Position numbers and translations under genes: made by a program. DNA of 64,000 bases from Phoronis australis. Lineage: Eukaryota > Animalia > Phoronida. The notes under the pieces are model-generated. The model ran no database searches and was not told the origin of the DNA. It saw nothing but the letters and a program-made list of their open reading frames with translations. Below are positions 50,401 to 64,000 of this stretch, piece by piece. Each line of letters opens with the position of its first letter. Within the stretch, counting starts at the first letter, position 1. Where the stretch lies: NCBI GenBank assembly GCA_002633005.1, contig NMRA01000001.1, forward strand, positions 2,835,695 to 2,899,694, in the 5' to 3' direction.

Positions 50401-53400
50401 TCAGGACAACGAACAAGGCACAGCATGCTACGGTGCGACTAAGTTTGCCGACTTGACCCGTAAGTATCCTTAACCTATCGTATGATACTGTTTCTGGTAA
50501 CTGCATACTGTTGTTACCAAATACAGTATTTCTTATAGGATCTCTGTAAATGGTAATCATCCACTCACAAAACCCTAAAATTTTTTGAATCATTGATTAT
50601 TACTGATTGTAACTTGTCTGGTGCATGACAACTGACCAGACATCTTTGATTACGTGGTGGAGACTTTGTATGGAGATCCCTGATGCTGTCACGGGACTGG
50701 TGAATTTAGTCATTGTATCCTGTTTGCTACAAAAATGTGTCTCACTGGAAGTTTTTGACAAAACCTTTTAGTTAATGCATATGGGCGTTTGAAAACAAAG
50801 TTTTTGAGAAGTCGAGGGTGGGCATTTTGATTCACCCGACTGGTCAATTCAGGTAAAGGCACCGAACTCGTATGAAAAAGTCAAATAAAACTTAGTGTAA
50901 GAGTATGGCAAGGAGTTGCTGTATTGTTTGCCACTCAAAGGTAGGTGAATTTTTTACAGTTTCAAAGCTAAAATTTGCATGAGATGAGCATTTGTGGAGA
51001 TGCAGTCACTTTCAAGGAAGTCCCTTTTGTATAAATTGGGAGTGGGCAAGGAGCTGTGTATGGGTCCTTAAATGTGAAAATTTGGAAATTTTATGGAATT
51101 AGCCAATCATGAGCATTTATTTACCGTGTCGAGTTCAGTATAAATGGACAATTTCACTGCAACATTCTTGTGTAAATGTTGATATTTGGACTATTTTTTG
51201 TTGTGTGTTATTTACAGTCCTCTAGGAAAAAGGTTTGTTGAATTTGGAGACTTCTTGTTCATAGGTCAGAAGCACATGTTGGATAAACAAAATGTTTTAT
51301 TCTCATTTTCGTGAGAGAGAGAGAGGCAGATTCAAGTATTTTTAAGTGAAAGGTGAAAAATTTTGTTTCCCTGTGTTATTGGTCTGAATTTGTTGTTATA
51401 CGTTAGATGGAAAAGTGACTTACGACCTCATCAGATTCTATCAAACAATCTCGTCACCATTTTCAGACAAAATAATTGCCATAGTTGACGTTTTGTTTTT
51501 CAAGGTCTTGCGACGTTGTTGTGAATGGCCACGAGTTTTCAAACTATTGTCTGGTTGTAGCTATGATACATAACTTGAACACCGTGCTATATATTTTGCA
51601 TGAAAAAAACAGTGTTTGTCTTCTATATTATATCCTGAATTGTTGAGACTTTACTGTGGTTGTGTCTACACAAGCTATTTATAACAACAAGGTCACTCTT
51701 CTTACGTATAACCTTGAGCCAATGAACACAGTTCCTAGATTTGCTTTGTCTGTCACAAAATTATTAATTCATTGCTGAGTACATTTTATATCTTAACAGC
51801 CAAAGAGTTTAAGAAGCACCTTGGACTTCGTCCAGAGTTGGGTGATGGCCTTTCCATGAAGCCAGCGAAAATCCCTGAGGCAGACCCACCCACTGCATTT
51901 GATTGGCGGGATCACAACGCAGTGACACCTGTCAAGAACCAGGTGTGTATTGTTCTCCGGTGAACAGAGTGGATGGTCAGTTGGACTTAGTTCACATTGT
52001 TCAATAATGTGTAAAATAGCAGTTGAGTAGTTTTGTAAAAGAGTTACTTGATTAATATTGATGAAATTTCTCGATGCTGTTGAACGTATGATAACAAACC
52101 TAGAAGAAAACCAGGTGAATCATATCAATAAATCACCGTAATAATTATATATCAGAACAACATGTCATGGATTTGTGTACAGGTAATCAAGTTATTGAAG
52201 ATTTGGGAACATAATAATTTTTCACTCACATTGATTTTGCCTAGCAATAAGACTATTGTTATTCAGAGTAAATCAGTCTAAAGTGTTTATTTTGAGTGAA
52301 GGATGAATGTAAACAAAACTTCAGTAAACATGCAGGTTGCTTAAACTATTGAGATAGTACACAACTGTTGCGGTTGTTTTTGTTGAACGATATTATATTG
52401 GAGAGCACTCTTTATTACGTTCTGACCGACCATGCTAGAAATACTGATTTAATGTTTCATGTGTGATTCCCTGGTTGATTTCAGGGATCCTGCGGCTCGT
52501 GCTGGGCATTTTCAACAACTGGTAACATTGAGGGCCAGTGGTCCATCAAAAAGAAGAGCTTGGTCTCCCTGTCCGAGCAAGGTGAGGGCTGGTTGCGTAC
52601 CCAATCCCCTACTAACGTACTCCATTCTTTTTGTTTTCCCATTGTTTTTAATCTATTTATTAATGGATGTAACATAAGCGCAGAAAAGTATTTGCACCGT
52701 GTTAACATGGCATTCAACAAAGTTTACAAGAAGTTACATAATTCAGTAAAGTATTCTTTCTTGCTTTTACACGTTGTTTGACGAGTCCTTTATATTGAAG
52801 ACCGGTGCACCTCACTGTTCACGTTATCCAGGTGATGAGGTGTGTATTTTTTCGAGGAAACTAAAAACTGGGCAGTGCTCATCAAATATCTCGACACCAG
52901 AATGAGAGAGGCATTTTGTCCTGAAAGCATAATGCTAAGCATTTTGATCTCAACTCGTACACAGCATTTCCTTTTTTGACCTTAGACTAGAACAAACTAA
53001 TATGTTTTTGACTCTGTGTAGACTGTGTTTCAACAATATGGGCTGCAGTGGTGCTCCTTTCTCCATCAATAACTTGATACGCGTTGCGCCATCTTGTAAC
53101 AGAAGTCGTGTTAAGACTGGTTTTCTGTAAGCATTCAAAAATACTTTATAGTCTCATTGGGTACCCATTGCACAGCTTGAGGCTCTCTGTTGTCGAGAGT
53201 TTCAAGTGTTGTAAAATTTCAAAACTACAATAAGATTGCTGTTAGACTAGCTTTTATGGTTAGATATTATTTAAGAAACTAAACACTTCATCATGTTTCA
53301 ATTTCACTTGTGTTAACTTTCAATTGTGGAGTATTATCAGACTTTTTAATGTCGTCGACTATTGTTTCAGAACTCGTCGACTGCGATAAAGTAGACCAGG

Positions 53401-55245
53401 GCTGTGAGGGTGGTCTGCCATCTCAAGCATACAAGGAGATTGAAAGACTAGGTGAGAAAATGCTGCAGCTAAGTCTTTAAAACTTCACCAGACATTAGTC
53501 ACAGTGTCAGGGTGGTTTTAATCTCAACCGTGCCCATGTAATCCATAGGCAATTTTGAAGTTTGCGATAAGATGCAGTTGATGTGCAAATATGTAGTTAT
53601 GGCTTTAAACACAAGTGGCACTGTTTTGATAGCTTCTTGTAGCACCCTGGGCACTAGTTGAAGGCATTGCAGTAGGTAAAACTGTCTGTCTGTATGTCTG
53701 TGCAGGTGGTCTGGAAGGCGAAGCTGACTATAAGTACCGCGGTGTCGACGAGAAGTGTGAGTTCAGCAAGAGTAAGGTCAAAGTCTATATCAACAGCTCC
53801 GTCAGTATCTCCAAAGATGAGACTGGTATGTTGTGTTTACGGCACATAGTCATAAGCAGAATGGGCCTTATGGAGTTTCCAAATAATGACCTTTTGTTCA
53901 GAGTTTTCCTGTGTTGGTTCGGCAAGTCATGCTGATTGGGAAATATTTTTTTATTCAAATGACATGATTGGCCCATAATGTTTTGTGCATCCTTGTCACT
54001 GCGAAGTCAAGTTCCTAATAAAACATGCTATTGAGAGTACCAAAAAATGACCATTAACGTAGAACACCATTTCACGGATAACTATTCTTCCAGAGATGGC
54101 CAAGTGGCTGGCACAGAATGGTCCTATCTCCATTGGTATCAACGCCAACGTAATGCAGTTTTACTTTGGTGGCATTTCTCATCCATGGAAGATCTTCTGT
54201 AACCCCAAAAGCCTGGATCACGGTGTCCTCATTGTAGGATATGGCGTCCGTGAGTATCTCATCACCGCATGAAGTAGCACAATAATATAAATAATAATTG
54301 CAGGCGGTCTGGTACACATTGTACCAGACGTGCGCAGGCCTCGCATGTGGGCTCATTGCACTGATCACCTGGAAATATTTTTATGCTTTATTAATATATG
54401 GTTAAAACCGAGCTGAGGAGCTAGAAACCTGGCTCAAGGGTTTAGCAGTGTGACCTGGTGGGACTCGAACCCACGACCTCGAGTAAAGAAAGCGGGCACT
54501 TATCAACCAGGCCACACTGCCTCCTCTTAAGTAGCACAATAAACTGTCACACTAATTTGGTACACAACAATCATTCTGCACAATTAGCAGAAGATTTCGG
54601 TTTGAGTCCCGGCTAGGGCAGAAATCTTTTCAGATTTATATTCATTAGGTCCTGTGATGTGGTCAAAAGGTTGCGTGCTGACCAGTCTTAAAAGTGTTTT
54701 CAATCATTCGTTGTGTTTCTCATCAACAATACATGTGTGTTACATACACAGCCACCAAGCTGTTATTCATGTTCCTTTCAGAGAGTGGTAAACCCTACTG
54801 GATCATCAAGAACAGTTGGGGACCATCGTGGGGAGAGAAGGTAAGATTGGCTTATTTGATTACACTTCACAGACCCCGTACTCCAAGAGAGCGTTTTGGC
54901 TTAAAATAGCATAACAAGATTTTTATTTGCAGTTTCTTTGGATGTGAAATCAAGAATCACTGACTGTGACAGATGCCCTTAAGATCAGAATCCATGTATT
55001 TCTCTCACATTGGAGACTCATAAGTGTCAATGTCCAGTTTAATTGATGAACGTGATATATCTGGTATTGTTTGGGAACTTGTGGTGACTATGATATTTTT
55101 GTTGACGTCTTTTGCATGGTTACAAGCCTGTTGTACTCTCAGTGTAACACATCTCATCATCTCTTGATAGGGATATTATCTGGCGTATCGTGGCGACGGC
55201 GTCTGTGGCTTGAACCAGATGTGCACTTCGTCCGTTATTAACTAG
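47422..55245 (+). CDS. CTSF: Cathepsin F (signal peptide + cystatin-like domain + I29 propeptide + C1A papain domain), 12 exons, 444 aa
   Basis: Exons 47422-47622, 48563-48667, 49097-49207, 49489-49561, 50346-50459, 51800-51942, 52485-52581, 53371-53451, 53706-53825, 54094-54249, 54782-54840, 55171-55245 (TAG); 1335 nt, phase-consistent. Cystatin motifs VGG, QVVEG and RPW; ERFNAQ propeptide motif ([20 protein letters not shown]); catalytic [21 protein letters not shown] and IKNSWG. Confidence 0.96.
54286..54528 (-). mobile_element. tRNA-derived SINE, copy 2
   Basis: Reverse-complement match to 38511-38752. A box TGGCCTGGTTG, B box GGTTCGAGTCC; 14-bp TSD aagtagcacaataa at 54272-54285 and 54529-54542. 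Confidence 0.92.
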
Positions 55246-56192
55246 ACGTCCACCAGAGAGAATGCAACGTTTCATACAATTGTGATTTACAAAATTGTAT
55301 ATCAGCCTCTTTGTATTGCCTGTTATAATTTCCTGTTAATTTGTATCGTTTTGAAAACTTGAGAATGTTGCCAGTTTTGATGGCACTGTTGTTATAATTT
55401 TGTGCAAAATTTGCAAACTGATCTCCAGTTGAGGGTCAGTTTTGTTTGTAAATTTAAAGATGGTTTGTGTAATTTAGGCTCCCATTCATGCCAAAAAAGC
55501 GTGTTCTATATTTAATTAAGCATGTATAGCTGTGCTTTCATGTTGTGTGTTCCTAACCCACTGGTATAGTAGTTTATAAAATCATTAGATTGCTAACATT
55601 TTTGTTTTTGTGATTTGGGTTTTTGTTCCCTTGCAGACATTTCAAGTCAGACATAACAATTTAGTCTTGGCGCTCCTATTTTTCATGCTACCTCAAATTT
55701 AGTTTTAGCGTAGTGCTTGTATATGAACACCACTATAACCTAGTTCGTTTAGTAGAGTCGTGTTTCCAGGATGTCCCACTGAGATTTGGCTGTACTCGTT
55801 GTGTTTTGTTTTCATGTGTTTTCATGTAGATGAAGTATAGGGTGTAAGGATTGTTTTTAAGAGGGATCACCAAAAGATGTTCATTTTTTCACTTTGAGTG
55901 TAAAACTTGTTGTCTGCTTTTTGTGTTCAGCTTGACGTGTTCAGTGGCCACACTATTATAGTTACTGCTTCAGTGGATATTCTCTGGATCTCCACTGCAG
56001 TACAAAAATAGACAACGTGGTCGTGTATTTAACAAAGTCTATGTGCAAGGGGAGCTATTGTCAGACTATTCTATTTCGGGCAGGGAAAGTGTTCGGCTTT
56101 TTATGTGCTGTACATGTTGTTGAAGAACATACTCAACATGTGTTATTGTCAGGAATGAATTTGTGAAAATAATCGGTTGTTGTTTAATCAAG

Positions 56193-56198
56193 AATAAA
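56193..56198 (+). terminator. Candidate poly(A) signal of cathepsin F
   Basis: AATAAA followed ~20 nt later by a GT/T-rich tract (tttgttgttttag), ~950 nt after the stop codon. Confidence 0.5.
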
Positions 56199-56299
56199 AT
56201 TATATCAAGTGTATACTTTGTTGTTTTAGTATAATTTTCGCTCCACCCTTGCTATGGTATACTAGCAACCTAGGAACTGTTTAACTACCGCGGTGTGTG

Positions 56300-56440
56300 C
56301 ATGGGCGGCGTACCATAGGGAGCGGGGGGGGGCGTATCCCACACTTATTTCAGTGCTGCACCGCACATGGTCAAATAGGCGGCGCACTGTAGGGGGGCTG
56401 GGGGGCTATAGTCCCCACTTATTTCGGCAGCCGCCCATAG
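56300..56440. mobile_element. Two tandem ~70-bp hAT-like mini-elements
   Basis: catgggcggcgtacc...cagtgctgcaccgcacatg followed by aataggcggcgcac...ggcagccgcccatag; G-run interiors; homologous to 46389-46460. Confidence 0.5.
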
Positions 56441-59400
56441 TGTGGCACTGACATGGACACCTTTGTGACATGACCACCAAGATCACTTTGCATCCCCCAT
56501 GCTGTCCAGTTCTGGATGAAACTAGGATTTTCTTATTTTAAAGATGTGGTTCCGATCTGACAGAGCTTTCGATATGGTACTCTCCTTTTTCAATTTCGCA
56601 ACTTGTGGAGATTTCCCTTCACTTGCTTGTTAACGAATAGTTTGTGTTGATGTTACCATGATAACTTTGCAAGTCTATAATTTCCTAAAGAAACGACAGG
56701 ATACTGTTCGGTGAATATGGAATGGAGATTCAAATATCTTTTATTTTAATATAGCTCTCCATAAAAATTCAAACAGTGTTCTCTGTGTCTTCAAGCATGT
56801 TGCTGCATCATATTGCGACCTATGCCTTGAAGACCTCTAATTCAAAGGAAATTTTGAGCTAGGTTTGGAAAGACTGAGTTTTCGCGTTACAGGACAAATG
56901 ATATAGTACGTAGTATTAGGTAGTAGCACATATTTTTTATGTTTTGCTGTGGAATTGGGTAGCTGCAATGTTGGCCAACTGAAATATTCATTCCGGCAAA
57001 CGACGTGAGAGCTTTGAACGCGCTTGTTTGGTTAGTGGGAGGCAACGGCAACTCGCTGAATTTCTCTTCTTAGACTAACTGAGTTATGACGTCCTAAAGC
57101 CGCTTTTGGTGGTGCACTGTGATCATCTAAATTATATTGGTCCAGTCATTCACCAGGTGGCGCTACCGTCTCGTCCACAGTGACGCGGAGTACGCTAACC
57201 CACCCCCTGCCAGACAACATTTATAGAAATAAATGATGACACTCCATAGAACCGCGAAAGGACAATTTACGAGAAAGGGGAAGAGCAGACATCATCAAGC
57301 ATATAAATGGTCGTGACATTGGCATTGCTTTTGATGTCCGATATTACAATTAAATCATCATATAAAGTCGATGGTATTTTTTGACTGTACGAGTCTGAGT
57401 ACACGCTGATGTTGACTTAAAAAGTAAATGTCTGTTGGTCTATTTGCCCCAGCCTCTAACCTAGCTAAAATGGCACAGTGTTTCAGTCGATCATTTCTTC
57501 CGCTGATCTTCAGATGTTACATTATGTTACCGATCCGAAACGTCCTACCTTATTCTAAATTGTCCGCAGTGAGGAATGGAAATGGCCTATTAGGTCGGAA
57601 CAATAGATCTGAGAAAAGATGTAGCTAGAATTACTCAGTCAGTATAACATTTTAAGGGAAAGTGTACTTGTTGCTAACAAAGCGAAGTGTCACGACAAAC
57701 ACTTTCACTAAAACTCTGTCATTGTCCTCGTGCACGATGGCGAAACAGCGGTTATTGTCACCGTCTCGATTGCCGCGCCGAGAGCCACGCTTGATTTACA
57801 CTGTTTTGAGAAGCTTTTGGTAATCACGTCACGGGCCTGATCTCATCCCGAGCAACGTTGAAAAGGTTGTCAAAACTAGTGAAAGTACATAGTTATTGTG
57901 TTGGCGATAGTATCCACTGTGAAGCATTGAGTGTCCGAGTACGTCACCCGATGGCCAGGATTTTTGTATTTTCCGGATTTTACTGCAAAATACAAATGCA
58001 GCATCGAACTCTGAATAACCGATTGATAATCTTCGCCCAAGCCCGACACCCGAGTACAAATCAGTTAATACCGGATACATGTGCATTCAAACAACGAGGT
58101 AGTCAAATACAAATATAAGTCTACGCCCCAATGACTGAACCAAGAAATAAATTAACAGATGATTTTGTTGTTGAGAAAGTTGAAACTGAACACTAAAATG
58201 GGGATAATTTGAACGATTGAAATTTGGTCTTGTTTTTAAACTCCCGCGTTATACGTACAAATGCATAGTGACAACGTGAACTTCTTATAGGCTCTAAAAT
58301 TCTGGAACAATCTCTCATTGTAAATGGTGATTACAGACACAAGTAACAGTACGGGTGTAAACAGTGTCTGTATGTCAGTATTCAAGAGCGTGGTTTGGCG
58401 AGGGAAACTTTCCTACAACGCCAACGTTATTCTCAGTTGTGGACGAAGCAGAAGAGGCCTCACAAGGATGTCGTTTCTAATCGGTTTAACAGATTACGAC
58501 GCCACTCAGTACCCTCACTCTAATAGTGAACAGTAAAACACAAAACACTTAAAAAGATTTGAGATGAAATTCGAAACTTCCGATGATCTATAATTTAAAC
58601 AAAAGGGTAAGACCGTTGTCGAGTATTGACTACATGGGGATAAGCGTCGTCATGATTAACATTATTTTGTGAGGGAAGATTCCTGAGTGATGCCATTAAC
58701 ATTTAATTAAAAACGGATTTAACTGTGTAAAGATAAAATTTTATCACGATGAAACCTTCGATAACATTTCTATTCATGGAACACCTAACAAGCGAAGAAA
58801 TAATGGTCAAAAGATAAAATAAGTGCTTTGAATTCTCATCACTTCGCAGCCTGCTTAATACCAAAACAAATAGTGAGGTTTGAATTTGATTTTTTACAAA
58901 ATGAATTTGTGTTTAGTTTTATTGCTAAGCCATCAGCCAAATTCTCAGTGTGTTCACCGAACACTTGACTAAAAACTTTAGATCATAAGATGTTTGTTGT
59001 ATCCGGCATGGTAAGTCGCATAACAAAGAGTCAGTCATGTTGAACACGACCTTTCTATTGGATTGAAGAGTTTTGTTTGTTGAAGAATTACCATTAGCAA
59101 TTGTAATGAGTTAGTGAAAGTTGAAACCGTTTTGCCTGGTCACGGCTTAAATCAAATAAATAGACAGACGCATCACCCAGCTTCTGGTTTAGCCGTACAC
59201 GTCGCCATAAAAAATACAATTGATAACATTTGAGGTGAAAATCGAATTGAAAAAATCCTAAGTCATTAAAATGATAGTAATTAAACGTACTTGAGTTTAT
59301 TATATCAAAACAGGTAACTTTTACTTCATTGTCAAAAACCAAAAAAATGGAATTGAGACTTTTACTCTCGTAAAATCGGCCGCATAATATTCCTTACCAC

Positions 59401-62400
59401 GATTAGGATCCTGTTTCCTTTACCGGCTGGAACATCGAAACCATTACTGAGCGACTAAACTTCGTTTACTGGCCAACCCCAGAATTGTGAATTCGAAAAT
59501 TGGGTATGTATGCATCGCCTGGTGACTGCCGCCTCATTCGGCAACAATTCAAGATCGGATGAGCGTGAATATGTTTAAACCCCAGAGCGCTTAGATAAAG
59601 AATTCAACATTGACAGTTACTCAGCTGCGACTGCCCCTTTTGAAGAACCAATTCGTCACAACCAGTCATTATCGGGATAAAAATCAAATGAGGATATGTT
59701 TTTAGAGATAATATACCTCTTACGGCCTATAACTTCAACAAACTAGTTAGTCTCAACCAATATGAAATTATTCCCACTTCGTCTCAACATTTCCGTTGCA
59801 ACTTCTGAAATGAAAGGCAATACTCATGATAGAGTTGCATCAAAACTTCATGGTCACCCTGTAGCTAAAAACCACAGCCGCGAGTTGTTCTCCGTACAAC
59901 TCCATTGTGAAACGTCGTGAACTGTGGACACGTAGTCGTTAAGGAGGACTCAAGATACAACAGTCATTGTAACAACTTGAAGCTTTCGTTTCACCATTAA
60001 GTCGCTAGAGAATGATGTCACACTACGTCCCATGTAACGGTGAAAATAATCAGCGTGTGCATTTTTGAGAGTCAGGGAACTGTAGTATGTCGAAATCGAC
60101 GTTGGGAAGTAGATACGCTTACAGACCAAGACCAGTGACACGAGACGGGAAGCACTTTCGCAGGAAAATTGTACGAAAGAGCGATACTCGCAACAAGGAA
60201 CAGAGTGTAATCAGTTGCGATCAAGGGAATGATAGCGAGGATGAAATTCTCAAAGCTTGTGTGTGTTCAGATGAAGACAGTTTTTCTGACGACGACAGCG
60301 AAAGTAAGGCGCTAACAATTATTATGAAATGTACTAAATTCAGTTTGATGCCCCCCACTGTCCCAGCTCTAAAATCTGATGACGGAATCACAATCAACTC
60401 ATTTTAAATAGTGACTACAAAAAACTTACCACAGATTTCTAATAAAACGCGACTGGAAGTATAATTCTGAAACTTACGTCCGTTGTCCGTTTCTTTTACA
60501 ATAATTTTGAACATACCTAAACTATGTGTATTTATGACCTGTTGATTTCAGTTTCTTTTTAATTCACTCCAAGTTTGTAATTACTATCACGTCTTCTTGA
60601 TTATATTTCTATTTCTCCCTTTTCCCTTTTTTCTCAACTTTCAGCTCCACGAAACAATAAAAAATAACTCACAAGTCGTTTCTTAAAGTTGCAGTTTGTG
60701 ACCGGCTTTTATTTCCGTTGCCAACAAGAACATCAAAACCATTAGCGACTCAAGAAAACGCTTCAAAATTAACATTTTTAGCATCCTTTTTTGCGTTTAA
60801 GGCTAAATTTCGTGAGTGACGAAAAAGAGTAGACGTTAATTACTTCATGTTGGAGCAAACAGTTTGTTGGCGCAACTCATTTTAAGGTTACTGAGAACGT
60901 GTGCCCTTAGGAAACTGTTGTTGTCTAGTTCCCCCTCCCCCGCGACATCTTCGACTCGACAGTGTAGGTGACGCTAGAACGGTTAATGTCGCTTTTCTTA
61001 CTCTCATTACTAAAGCTAGAGCGACTATAAGCCATCGTCACTCTGTTTACGTTATATATGAGATCTATGGTCTGTGCGTAGTGCTCTTTTTCTGTCAATT
61101 GCTGAAACTAAGGTCTATTGAAAACCATTCAAATACAGCAAGCGCAGATGTCTCATAGATAACACTGAACACAACTGAACAATCCTGATTCGATTTCTTT
61201 ACGAGTGTCATAATTAGAGACATTGATAAGAAATTTTTAGTTAACCACGACTGTAAAACTACGCCAATGATAAAATGTCACCGGATTATTTTGAATCCCA
61301 TTATCGTGTTTTAGCATATGGGAAGTTTAATATTCACGACACTTCTACTAATTTCCGAATACCGGTAACATTTAAGCGTTTGACATTAAAGAAAATGTCA
61401 ACTACGAACCCATCCAATTTATTTATGTATGTGTGTATATGCCAAGTGAGGCGAATGAGAAAAAATATTTGATCATCCGTGACACCTCCCTGCTTCGTTT
61501 GGTCTACCGCGTATAGCTTTATTTTTCTTCCTTCATCATTTAACAATAAAGAAAAACGAGAAATATGGTATTTGAATCCAGCCAAAAACAAAATTTTGAG
61601 CTCATCCAACAAATTTTACATTAACATAATTAATCACAATACATTAACATGGTGAATCACAATCAATTTAAAGTAGACAGTAGTACTGCGATTGTCGGAA
61701 TTTTGACAAATCACTACTTTGAAGGAGAAATTTGGCTACAACGCAAAGAATTGTTTACCTGATTTCTCTATGAAGCAGGACTAAAAGGCATTATTTATCC
61801 GTTCTCTGAACGATACGTATGTCTAGTAGAGAAATAGATTGCTTGAATTGTTTTACCTTGGTTGCCTATGATTTACACTAGATTTTTTTTTACAGTTGAT
61901 TGATATGTGATCACTGTACACCTTCATATTTATTAACCTCTCGAACGTTTGGAACACACGGTGCTAGATAATTCATTAAAAGTACACAGACGGTTTTACG
62001 GTCGAAAAGCACATTTTGGGGGTTAATTTGGGTAGGTTAACTCCTTGAAGTTATTAGCTTCGACGAGAACTATAAAATAATAAAATGTGCTTTGTTTTTG
62101 CTAATCTATTACAAATCGCTGATTCTTCACAAAGGTTTCCAGTCAAAGTTAACAGAAATCCCGAGGTGGCGACCTTATAAGCAATTCTGTTGCTGGGCGC
62201 TGTGTGGCACTGACCAAAACTGGCATAAAAAGCCCAGGCATAATCTCTCATGTGTATAAAAGACAATTTAGAAGCAGAGTCGAAGCGCATTGGAGGACTT
62301 ACCTCTCTAGAATAAATATTTGGGAACAAAATCGTGAGCTAAATTACTGTACGAGATGAGTTAAGCATTTCCAGAAATGTCTTCCGAGCTTGCTTGTTTG

Positions 62401-64000
62401 AACTCGTCATCTCTCGTCTTCCAGGAATGCCTTGACATTCATGCTTAGTTTTAATTGGTCATTTTTAAGTGTAAACCTAAAACTGTTTCAGACAGCTCGT
62501 TATATTTCCAATGCTCGTTTAATCGGTTGAATTCCTCGCTGCGACTCATTTTTTTCGACTGATCGGTGTTTTTAACAAGGTTGATTTCTTAAATGACCAA
62601 TACGTTTGAGAACCCGATAACCCTATAACTATAACTGCAATCTACGTTCTTTTTGGGGTGGGAGGGGGGGGGGTGTTGACTATTGACTATTACCGGAGTA
62701 CTGTGTTTTTGCATTCTAAATTTACATGGCAGGCAAAGTGAGCTTGCCAGTTAGGTTGTACCGGAAGATCAGGTTATTCTGCAGCCGACATCGAGGGTCA
62801 TTGGTTCGCAAATTTTCGGGAAAACAAAAGTAAACGAAAGACACATTCACGTAAGAAAAGCGAAGGTATTTTTAAGGAAAAGCTAAGAGCAGCTTTTGAA
62901 GCGTTGTCTGTTAGTAATGGCGTCACACGAATTCTATTCAAATTTGCTCAGTTTATGCACACTTCATTTAGGTCGATTACGTAATTACAGGTAAGGGACC
63001 CACCCAAATTAGGGCTTAATGTTCAACGATGGGTGACGATGGCGACCGGGGGAGGACGTGAACATTGTGGCGTTCGGGGTCAAGGTGGAAAAATTGTGAT
63101 AACCGAAGACACTTGAGTTACTGGGGATCAGCGTCCCGACAAACTAACGACACTGTCCAATACTCGTATATATGTACTGTTGTACATTTATCAAAACTAT
63201 CTTAACTCTCTTGTAAGTGTCTTAATCACTGTAGGCACACTCGACAGCACAAACATGCGCAAGAGACTGAAAACACGGGCAGTTTATGACCAAAATTACC
63301 CTATTCAGCGCCCGCTGCGATTTTAAAATATAGCCAATTACAGTGTCAGCTGTCAACAGACGATCTTCAGTCGCTGTTTGAAAAGAAAATGACGAGTAAA
63401 ATAATACACATACGTTACACTACACAAAAGGTGTAAGGCACATTAGTGCATTCATCGCAGTGAATGGATTTCTGTTTAATTGACCTGCCTGGTAGTTGTT
63501 GTCTAATGAGTTAATATGGAGAAATAGAGTACTTATCAGTAATCAGCCTCGTCGAATTTGCTTGGCTTTCATTGAATGATCCTGGATTGGCAAAGCACAG
63601 GGGTATTTAATTAATGAAGAATTTATGAAATGTAAATTTGGAATTGTCTATTTGAAATACGCTTTCCTTCGTAAAACACTTGAAGTCTTCAATGAAACTA
63701 TTTGCGTTATTGTACTGTCTTTGCAAAATGCTATTGCAAATTCAGACCGTATCTTTGAAATAGGAATTTTCTGGGCTTAAAGATTTTCTACCCTATTTAA
63801 AGTTACTCTCTCCGCTCCATTTTTGATAAAAACTTCGGAATTTATTTCAATTGAAACTCAAGCCCAAATAATACTCATTGAACACAACTCCAAATATTTT
63901 CAAAATTAATCGAATCTAATAGTACGAATTTTGTTGTTTAATTTTGAGTTTTAGTGGTGCACCAGTACCTAAAATGGCCGTCGTAGTGAGTGACAGCTGA

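Noticed and set aside
50096-50593. 165-aa minus-strand ORF (longest in track)
   Set aside because: Antisense to cathepsin F exon 5 and introns, with no recognisable domain.
1-55245. Functional lysosomal cluster (sAC influences lysosomal pH; CTSF is lysosomal)
   Set aside because: Adjacency of three eukaryotic genes is not evidence of a system, and the sAC promoter is outside the window.
56530-63975. Large DNA transposon spanning the right end
   Set aside because: Some Kolobok-like terminal words (e.g. gtggtgcaccagtacct at ~63954-63970), but no matching partner TIR or transposase ORF was found.

Overview
AT-rich, intron-containing eukaryotic DNA that looks like an invertebrate genome; the species cannot be determined from sequence alone. 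The ORF track mostly shows exon fragments. Manual GT-AG splicing with phase checks resolves three genes. (1) The 3' part of a soluble adenylyl cyclase-like gene (ADCY10/sAC family: C2 cyclase domain, STAND NTPase, helical/TPR-like tail) on + at <1-28723. (2) A complete 12-exon GALNT7-like polypeptide GalNAc-transferase on - at 31886-46770 (613 aa). (3) A complete 12-exon cathepsin F (cystatin, I29 with ERFNAQ, papain domain) on + at 47422-55245 (444 aa), head-to-head with GALNT7 across 651 bp and preceded by tandem CLEAR/M-box motifs. Introns hold many non-autonomous elements: two copies of a tRNA-derived SINE, a truncated LINE, hAT/pogo/Tc1/Kolobok-type MITEs, and Helentron-like repeats with periodic CTCF-like motifs. 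The most notable observation is that the sAC C2 domain has Cys at the purine-selecting Thr (guanylyl-cyclase-like) and Gly at the conserved catalytic Asn, within an otherwise intact ORF. The last ~7.5 kb has no confident gene.
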